Shown here: positions 13,547 through 22,400 of the stretch, piece by piece | Position numbering within the stretch: position 1 is the stretch's first letter | Layout of the letters: every line of letters starts with the position of its first letter | Assembly (NCBI GenBank): GCA_964057225.1 | Contig: OZ059896.1 | Span: forward strand, 3,038,001 to 3,102,000 | DNA: 64,000 bases | Source of the DNA: Auanema rhodensis | Taxonomy: Eukaryota; Animalia; Nematoda | Direction: 5' to 3' | Notes under the pieces: generated by a model | Told to the model about the DNA's origin: nothing | The model's input: the letters and a program-made list of their open reading frames with translations, nothing else | Database searches by the model: none | Position numbers and translations under genes: made by a program

Positions 13547-15940
13547 ATGTTTTTAAAAAAAACTAAAAACTCCCCCCAAGCCAAATCCTTCTTAGAATTT
13601 ATTGTATCCAAAGGATGCTCCCAACTTGTGTCCTTTCCCACTCGTAGTAGATTTACTCTGGATTGTGTTGTAACTAATGTATCTGAAACTGTTTCCGATA
13701 TTGATTGTTTACCACCCTTTGGCACTTCCGATCATCAATCTCTTTTTTTCCATGTCGATTGTAATAATTTATTATCACCCCAACGTTTTAACGGTAATCT
13801 CAACCTTAGAACTATCTCCCAGTCCAGCCTCAGTTCTCCTAAACTCTCTACCTGTCATCCTAAACGTTTGCTTTCAAGAAATTTCAATGCGGCAGATTAT
13901 AATAAAATTAACTATATAATCAGCTCCATTGACTTTGTACACTCTTTTTCACATCTCGATGTTTGTACGGCGTATGAATCATTCACTGAAATACTCAGAG
14001 ATGTCATCCGCTGTAATGTCCCTAATTTCAAAGTTACTAAAACCAAGCAGTCCATTGCACGTTCCATATCTTCACTTAACAACAGACTTGCTAGGCTGTC
14101 TAAATGTTTTGGTGTCACGTCTTCTGTTAGATACCGTGCGCTTGTACGTAGATTAAACGGCTTGATCAAACGCCAACGTGCTTTTGAAGAACATAAAATT
14201 TCTCTTCAAGGTAATCAAAAATTGTTTTACAAATTTTGTCGCGGTCGTTTGGGTGGTTCAGTGGAAGCTCCTTTTCTCAAACATAACAACAACACAATAT
14301 CAGATTCTGTTGATAAAGCTAACTTACTATCAGAAATGTTTTCTGAACCTTTTTCCACGCCATACAATAGTCAATGTTCTCCATGTCCTACAAACAAGTC
14401 TGCTGTTACCAGTCCACAAAAGCATGTCTACATCGAGGAACTTACAGTCTATAAGTTTCTCAGAAACCTTCCTAATCGTGTATGTACGTCACCTGATGGA
14501 ATCCCCTATTTATTTCTTAATAGGTGTGCTCCTTCTCTTGTTCGTCCTATTACATATTTTTTTAATGCGTTTGTGTCGTTTGGTGTTTGTCCTAACGGGT
14601 GGAAAACAGCATGGGTTAAACCCGTCTATAAATCTGGTAGCGTCAGTGATCCTAAAAATTACAGGCCTATCTCTTTAACTGCTTCTATCTCTAAAGTTTT
14701 TGAACGCATCATAAGAAAAGAATTGATAGATTATTTACTTCGTAAAAATCTAATTTGTTCTTCTCAGCATGGTTTTCTTCCTGGTTGTAGCACGTCTACC
14801 GCACTTCTGAGTGCTCACTCTCAATGGAGATGCCTTAAGGAACGCCGCAACGCAATTTATACTGCTTTTATTGATTTCTCAAAAGCATTTGATAAAATAA
14901 ATCATGATATTTTGCTACATAAATTACACTCTTTTGGTTTACATAGCTCGCTCATTAAATTTTTCAAACAATTTCTTGCTGGTAGATCATTCTCTGTTGT
15001 ACAGGGCGATGTTTTATCTAAACCCCGGGAAATACATTGCGGTGTTCCTCAAGGGACTGTTTTGGGCCCTCTTTTCTTTCTTTTGTATGTTAATGATTTA
15101 CTGGAAAAATTTACAGGCGACACTCAAGCTATTGCTTATGCTGACGATATTAAACTATTCTCGGCAAATGCTCCTAGCCTGCAGTGTTCACTTGATTTTC
15201 TTTCAGCTTGGTGTAAAAGCAATGATATGCTCATAAATGTTAAAAAGTCTAAAATCATGGTTATAGGGAAAGTTGAAGGCGCTGTGAGCTTTCAAATCAA
15301 TGACTGTTTACTTGAATCCGTCAATAACTTTAAAGATTTGGGAGTTATTATAGACAAAAACCTTTCTTTTGGTCCCCATTTTCAATCAATTACCTCTACC
15401 GCTACCAAACGTTGTAAGCTCATTCTAAGATGCTTCAACAGTTCTTGCCCCAAACTACTCTTCCGTTTGTTTTGTTGCTATGTTAGACCTATATTGGAGT
15501 ATGCCTCTGAGGTTTGGTCTCCATACCTCAAAAAAGACATTCAATTTATAGAGAGTGTTCAAAAAAGGTTTGTCAACGCTATTTTTAAGCGTGCCAATCT
15601 TGAGATTCATGGCTACATGAATAAGCTCGAATTCCTCAAGGCAGATGAGCTGATAAACAGACGTGTTATCGCTGATTTTTGCCAATATTTCAAAATAGCA
15701 AAGGGTAACTCAATCCTTAGTAAAACCTTGTTCAGACTAAAAGAGCATCAATATTCATTTCGTCAGCATGATTATCTTTTGGTAGCACCACAGTACTTCT
15801 CAAAAGCTGCATTGTCAAGTTTTGAATATCGCTGGATCCAAGATTGGAATGAACTTCATCCCATGTTTGTTAATATTGAGAAAACGTATAATTTTCGTAG
15901 CTACCTGAAAAACTGTAAATTTCGCAATTGTAAAATTTAA
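13547..15940 (+). CDS. LINE ORF2, N-terminally truncated: endonuclease remnant plus intact reverse transcriptase (797 aa from the satellite ATG; the track starts it at TTG 13517)
   Basis: APE end motifs QLVSFPTR..TLDCVVTN and SDH (13727-13735). RT motifs PDGIP, WKTAWVKPVYKSG, NYRPISLT, QHGF, FIDFSKAFD, GVPQGTVLGP, YADD (15137-15148) and KDLGV. The C-terminal YVRPILEYASEVWSP is typical of CR1-group elements. There are no internal stops or frameshifts. Expression is not shown. Confidence 0.9.
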   Translation: MFLKKTKNSPQAKSFLEFIVSKGCSQLVSFPTRSRFTLDCVVTNVSETVSDIDCLPPFGTSDHQSLFFHVDCNNLLSPQRFNGNLNLRTISQSSLSSPKLSTCHPKRLLSRNFNAADYNKINYIISSIDFVHSFSHLDVCTAYESFTEILRDVIRCNVPNFKVTKTKQSIARSISSLNNRLARLSKCFGVTSSVRYRALVRRLNGLIKRQRAFEEHKISLQGNQKLFYKFCRGRLGGSVEAPFLKHNNNTISDSVDKANLLSEMFSEPFSTPYNSQCSPCPTNKSAVTSPQKHVYIEELTVYKFLRNLPNRVCTSPDGIPYLFLNRCAPSLVRPITYFFNAFVSFGVCPNGWKTAWVKPVYKSGSVSDPKNYRPISLTASISKVFERIIRKELIDYLLRKNLICSSQHGFLPGCSTSTALLSAHSQWRCLKERRNAIYTAFIDFSKAFDKINHDILLHKLHSFGLHSSLIKFFKQFLAGRSFSVVQGDVLSKPREIHCGVPQGTVLGPLFFLLYVNDLLEKFTGDTQAIAYADDIKLFSANAPSLQCSLDFLSAWCKSNDMLINVKKSKIMVIGKVEGAVSFQINDCLLESVNNFKDLGVIIDKNLSFGPHFQSITSTATKRCKLILRCFNSSCPKLLFRLFCCYVRPILEYASEVWSPYLKKDIQFIESVQKRFVNAIFKRANLEIHGYMNKLEFLKADELINRRVIADFCQYFKIAKGNSILSKTLFRLKEHQYSFRQHDYLLVAPQYFSKAALSSFEYRWIQDWNELHPMFVNIEKTYNFRSYLKNCKFRNCKI
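13551..13554 (+). other. Target-site duplication TTTT (partner at 16418-16421; 3 bp if T16418 belongs to the tail)
   Basis: The empty site has 5 T. The filled site has 5 T on the left and 4 T on the right. Confidence 0.75.
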
Positions 15941-16417
15941 TATGTATTGTTGCTATTGTTAACTACATATATATTTCACTAATTTTTTGTTTTTTTCGTT
16001 TCTGTGAGCTTACTCTACCTGTTTTCTTGTCTCCTTTGTTTACCTGACTCAGTATTTCCCGCGCATCCGACCTATAGACATGAGTCATACGGTCAGAGCG
16101 TGGTTATCACTCATTGACAGAACGGGCTTGACCTTTGTTTTCTTGGTATCACCGCACCTCGTCAACGGTAGAAGTGATAAGCTTCGAATTGTTTCTTATT
16201 TCAAAGCTGAGATCAGTTAAAGTCTTCTCACAACAATCGTCAAGAACATGGTGTTTCAAGTTTCACAAATCGAACATTACGTTAGTGTTCTCTCTTTTTC
16301 TTAGCTTTTTCTCAACTACCGAAAGGTTAATCTTTTTTTCACAACAACATACATTTTTCACTCATATATTGTAACCTGTGGTATTGTTGAACTGAAATAA
16401 ATAAATAAATAAATAAA
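13555..16417 (+). mobile_element. 5'-truncated non-LTR retrotransposon (LINE, CR1/L2-like) inserted in a satellite monomer
   Basis: A unique 2863-bp segment splits the satellite sequence GTCAAAATGTTTTT|GGAAGC. It encodes an APE C-terminus and an RT, then a ~480-bp 3' UTR and a simple-repeat tail. The satellite phase shift of 2867 bp equals the element plus a 4-bp duplication. No LTRs, RNase H or integrase were seen. The clade call rests on motif recognition only. Confidence 0.95.
15941..16394 (+). other. LINE 3' UTR with several stem-loops
   Basis: Lies between the ORF stop and the tail. Complementary segments at 16059-16103, 16104-16180, 16272-16290, 16318-16327 and 16345-16389. Confidence 0.8.
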
Positions 16418-16418
16418 T
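16395..16418 (+). repeat. (AAAT)6 3' tail of the LINE, containing AATAAA hexamers
   Basis: CTG-AAATAAATAAATAAATAAATAAAT directly abuts the resumed satellite. Short tandem-repeat tails are typical of CR1/L2 elements. Confidence 0.93.
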
Positions 16419-19400
16419 TTTGGAAGCAATTTTGAGTGTACATGGAAACTCAACATACACTAATGCATCATTTTTCAAACGATCATAACTAATTTTTGTA
16501 TTTAGCGTTTCTCAATGTAGTATAGTGCATTCGATGCGGATTTTTAAGCTGCGTCGATCTGTACTATCAGATTTGCGCTAGCTTGAAAATGCACCGAGAT
16601 ATCAACTGATATAAGTTCACACCTATATCCTCGATTTTCACCCTGAAGAATTAATTTTTTCGTTAAATAACATTGTCTATCGTTTTTGCCTTGAAAAAAG
16701 GAATCTAAAAACATCTACTTTTTGCTAAATTATTTTGAAATTTTTCGAAAAAATTTTTGTCAAAATGTTTTTGGAAGCAATTTTGAGTGTACATGGAAAC
16801 TCAACATACACTAATGCATCATTTTTCAAACGATCATAACTAATTTTTGTATTTAGCTTTTCTCAATGTTATATAGTGCATTCGATGCGGATTTTTAAGC
16901 TGCGTCGATCTGTGTTATCAGATTTGCGCTAGCTTAAAAATGCACCGAGATATCAACTGATATAAGTTCACACTTATATCCTCGATTTTCACCCTGAAGA
17001 ATTAATTTTTTCGTTGATTAACATTGTCCATCGTTTTTGCCTTGAAAAAAGGAATCTAAAAACATCTACTTTTTGCTAAATTATTCTCAAATTTTTCGAA
17101 AAAATTTTTGTCAAAATGTTTTTGGAAGCAATTTTGAGTGTACATGGAAACTCAACATACACTAATGCATCATTTTTCAAACGATCATAACTAATTTTTG
17201 TATTTAGCTTTTCTCAATGTAGTATAGTGCATTCGATGCGGATTTTTAAGCTGCGTCGATCTGTGTTATCAGATTTGCGCTAGCTTAAAAATGCACCGAG
17301 ATATCAACTGATATAAGTTCACACTTATATCCTCGATTTTCACCCTGAAGAATTAATTTTTTCGTTGAATAACATTGTCCATCGTTTTTGCCTTGAAAAA
17401 AGGAATCTAAAAACATCTACTTTTTGCTAAATTATTTTGAAATTTTTCGAAAAAATTTTTGTCAAAATGTTTTTGGAAGCAATTTTGAGTGTACATGGAA
17501 ACTCAACATACACTAATGCATCATTTTTCAAACGATCATAACTAATTTTTGTATTCAGCTTTTTTCAATGTAGTATAGTGCATTCGATGCGGATTTTTAT
17601 GCTGCGTCGATCTGTGTTATCAGATTTGCGCTAGCTTAAAAATGCACCGAGATATCAACTGATATAAGTTTACACTTATATCCTCGATTTTCACCCTGAA
17701 GAAATAATTTTCTCGTTGAATAACATTGTCCATCGTTTTTGCCTTGAAAAAAGGAATCTAAAAACATCTACTTTTTGCTAAATTATTTTGAAATTTTTCG
17801 AAAAAATTTTTGTCAAAATGTTTTTGGAAGCAATTTTGAGTGTACATGGAAACTCAACATACACTAATGCATCATTTTTCAAACGATCATAACTAATTTT
17901 TGTATTCAGCTTTTTTCAATGTAGTATAGTGCATTCGATGCGGATTTTTATGCTGCGTCGATCTGTGTTATCAGATTTGCGCTAGCTTAAAAATGCACCG
18001 AGATATCAACTGATATAAGTTTACACTTATATCCTCGATTTTCACCCTGAAGAAATAATTTTTTCGTTGAATAACATTGTCCATCGTTTTTGCCTTGAAA
18101 AAAGGAATCTAAAAACATCTACTTTTTGCTAAATTATTTTGAAATTTTTCGAAAAAATTTTTGTCAAAATGTTTTTGGAAGCAATTTTGAGTGTACATGG
18201 AAACTCAACATACACTAATGCATCATTTTTCAAACGATCATAACTAATTTTTGTATTTAGCGTTTCTCAATGTAGTATAGTGCATTCGATGCGGATTTTT
18301 AAGCTGCGTCGATCTGTACTATCAGATTTGCGCTAGCTTGAAAATGCACCGAGATATCAACTGATATAAGTTCACACCTATATCCTCGATTTTCACCCTG
18401 AAGAATTAATTTTTTCGTTAAATAACATTGTCTATCGTTTTTGCCTTGAAAAAAGGAATCTAAAAACATCTACTTTTTGCTAAATTATTTTGAAATTTTT
18501 CGAAAAAATTTTTGTCAAAATGTTTTTGGAAGCAATTTTGAGTGTACATGGAAACTCAACATACACTAATGCATCATTTTTCAAACGATCATAACTAATT
18601 TTTGTATTTAGCTTTTCTCAATGTTATATAGTGCATTCGATGCGGATTTTTAAGCTGCGTCGATCTGTGTTATCAGATTTGCGCTAGCTTAAAAATGCAC
18701 CGAGATATCAACTGATATAAGTTCACACTTATATCCTCGATTTTCACCCTGAAGAATTAATTTTTTCGTTGATTAACATTGTCCATCGTTTTTGCCTTGA
18801 AAAAAGAAATCTAAAAACATCTACTTTTTGCTAAATTATTCTCAAATTTTTCGAAAAAATTTTTGTCAAAATGTTCTTGGAAGCAATTTTGAGTGTACAT
18901 GGAAACTCAACATACACTAATGCATCATTTTTCAAACGATCATAACTAATTTTTGTATTTAGCTTTTCTCAATGTTATATAGTGCATTCGATGCGGATTT
19001 TTAAGCTGCGTCGATCTGTGTTATCAGATTTGCGCTAGCTTAAAAATGCACCGAGATATCAACTGATATAAGTTCACACTTATATCCTCGATTTTCACCC
19101 TGAAGAATTAATTTTTTCGTTGATTAACATTGTCCATCGTTTTTGCCTTGAAAAAAGGAATCTAAAAACATCTACTTTTTGCTAAATTATTCTCAAATTT
19201 TTCGAAAAAATTTTTGTCAAAATGTTCTTGGAAGCAATTTTGAGTGTACATGGAAACTCAACATACACTAATGCATCATTTTTCAAACGATCATAACTAA
19301 TTTTTGTATTTAGCTTTTCTCAATGTAGTATAGTGCATTCGATGCGGATTTTTAAGCTGCGTCGATCTGTGTTATCAGATTTGCGCTAGCTTAAAAATGC

Positions 19401-22400
19401 ACCGAGATATCAACTGATATAAGTTCACACTTATATCCTCGATTTTCACCCTGAAGAATTAATTTTTTCGTTGAATAACATTGTCCATCGTTTTTGCCTT
19501 GAAAAAAGGAATCTAAAAACATCTACTTTTTGCTAAATTATTTTGAAATTTTTCGAAAAAATTTTTGTCAAAATGTTTTTGGAAGCAATTTTGAGTGTAC
19601 ATGGAAACTCAACATACACTAATGCATCATTTTTCAAACGATCATAACTAATTTTTGTATTCAGCTTTTTTCAATGTAGTATAGTGCATTCGATGCGGAT
19701 TTTTATGCTGCGTCGATCTGTGTTATCAGATTTGCGCTAGCTTAAAAATGCACCGAGATATCAACTGATATAAGTTTACACTTATATCCTCGATTTTCAC
19801 CCTGAAGAAATAATTTTCTCGTTGAATAACATTGTCCATCGTTTTTGCCTTGAAAAAAGGAATCTAAAAACATCTACTTTTTGCTAAATTATTTTGAAAT
19901 TTTTCGAAAAAATTTTTGTCAAAATGTTTTTGGAAGCAATTTTGAGTGTACATGGAAACTCAACATACACTAATGCATCATTTTTCAAACGATCATAACT
20001 AATTTTTGTATTCAGCTTTTTTCAATGTAGTATAGTGCATTCGATGCGGATTTTTATGCTGCGTCGATCTGTGTTATCAGATTTGCGCTAGCTTAAAAAT
20101 GCACCGAGATATCAACTGATATAAGTTTACACTTATATCCTCGATTTTCACCCTGAAGAAATAATTTTTTCGTTGAATAACATTGTCCATCGTTTTTGCC
20201 TTGAAAAAAGGAATCTAAAAACATCTACTTTTTGCTAAATTATTTTGAAATTTTTCGAAAAAATTTTTGTCAAAATGTTTTTGGAAGCAATTTTGAGTGT
20301 ACATGGAAACTCAACATACACTAATGCATCATTTTTCAAACGATCATAACTAATTTTTGTATTTAGCGTTTCTCAATGTAGTATAGTGCATTCGATGCGG
20401 ATTTTTAAGCTGCGTCGATCTGTACTATCAGATTTGCGCTAGCTTGAAAATGCACCGAGATATCAACTGATATAAGTTCACACCTATATCCTCGATTTTC
20501 ACCCTGAAGAATTAATTTTTTCGTTAAATAACATTGTCTATCGTTTTTGCCTTGAAAAAAGGAATCTAAAAACATCTACTTTTTGCTAAATTATTTTGAA
20601 ATTTTTCGAAAAAATTTTTGTCAAAATGTTTTTGGAAGCAATTTTGAGTGTACATGGAAACTCAACATACACTAATGCATCATTTTTCAAACGATCATAA
20701 CTAATTTTTGTATTTAGCTTTTCTCAATGTTATATAGTGCATTCGATGCGGATTTTTAAGCTGCGTCGATCTGTGTTATCAGATTTGCGCTAGCTTAAAA
20801 ATGCACCGAGATATCAACTGATATAAGTTCACACTTATATCCTCGATTTTCACCCTGAAGAATTAATTTTTTCGTTGATTAACATTGTCCATCGTTTTTG
20901 CCTTGAAAAAAGAAATCTAAAAACATCTACTTTTTGCTAAATTATTCTCAAATTTTTCGAAAAAATTTTTGTCAAAATGTTCTTGGAAGCAATTTTGAGT
21001 GTACATGGAAACTCAACATACACTAATGCATCATTTTTCAAACGATCATAACTAATTTTTGTATTTAGCTTTTCTCAATGTTATATAGTGCATTCGATGC
21101 GGATTTTTAAGCTGCGTCGATCTGTGTTATCAGATTTGCGCTAGCTTAAAAATGCACCGAGATATCAACTGATATAAGTTCACACTTATATCCTCGATTT
21201 TCACCCTGAAGAATTAATTTTTTCGTTGATTAACATTGTCCATCGTTTTTGCCTTGAAAAAAGGAATCTAAAAACATCTACTTTTTGCTAAATTATTCTC
21301 AAATTTTTCGAAAAAATTTTTGTCAAAATGTTCTTGGAAGCAATTTTGAGTGTACATGGAAACTCAACATACACTAATGCATCATTTTTCAAACGATCAT
21401 AACTAATTTTTGTATTTAGCTTTTCTCAATGTAGTATAGTGCATTCGATGCGGATTTTTAAGCTGCGTCGATCTGTGTTATCAGATTTGCGCTAGCTTAA
21501 AAATGCACCGAGATATCAACTGATATAAGTTCACACTTATATCCTCGATTTTCACCCTGAAGAATTAATTTTTTCGTTGAATAACATTGTCCATCGTTTT
21601 TGCCTTGAAAAAAGGAATCTAAAAACATCTACTTTTTGCTAAATTATTTTGAAATTTTTCGAAAAAATTTTTGTCAAAATGTTTTTGGAAGCAATTTTGA
21701 GTGTACATGGAAACTCAACATACACTAATGCATCATTTTTCAAACGATCATAACTAATTTTTGTATTCAGCTTTTTTCAATGTAGTATAGTGCATTCGAT
21801 GCGGATTTTTATGCTGCGTCGATCTGTGTTATCAGATTTGCGCTAGCTTAAAAATGCACCGAGATATCAACTGATATAAGTTTACACTTATATCCTCGAT
21901 TTTCACCCTGAAGAAATAATTTTCTCGTTGAATAACATTGTCCATCGTTTTTGCCTTGAAAAAAGGAATCTAAAAACATCTACTTTTTGCTAAATTATTT
22001 TGAAATTTTTCGAAAAAATTTTTGTCAAAATGTTTTTGGAAGCAATTTTGAGTGTACATGGAAACTCAACATACACTAATGCATCATTTTTTAAACGATC
22101 ATAACTAATTTTTGTATTCAGCTTTTCTCAATGTAGTATGGTGCATTCGATGCGGATTTTTATGCTGCGTCGATCTGTGTTATCAGATTTGCGCTAGCTT
22201 AAAAATGCACCGAGATATCAACTGATATAAGTTCACACTTATATCCTCGATTTTCACCCTGAAGAAATAATTTTTTCGTTGAATAACATTGTCCATCGTT
22301 TTTGCCTTGAAAAAAGGAATCTAAAAACATCTACTTTTTGCCAAATTATTTTGAAATTTTTCGAAAAAATTTTTGTCAAAATGTTTTTGGAAGCAATTTT

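Larger units (their letters stand above)
1..13554 (+). repeat. 351-bp satellite DNA array, left arm (38 full monomers plus the first 216 nt of the interrupted one)
   Basis: The monomer start ATCTGT(GT/AC)TATCAGATTTGCGCTAGC recurs at 1, 352, 703, 1054 ... 7021 ... 13339, an exact 351-bp period. Copies differ only by a few substitutions. Confidence 0.99.

Noticed and set aside
13507-15685. Short ORFs overlapping the LINE ORF in other frames or on the other strand (72-166 aa)
   Set aside because: Shadow frames of the RT ORF with no recognisable motifs.
16040-16200. Hammerhead, HDV-like ribozyme or SECIS element in the 3' UTR
   Set aside because: No CUGANGA/GAAA core on either strand, no HDV P3/P1.1/J4-2 arrangement, and the ORF has no in-frame UGA. 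Kept only as an unclassified structure.
16135-16374. 79-aa ORF in the LINE 3' UTR
   Set aside because: Non-ATG start, F/S/L-rich product of U-rich sequence, no motif.
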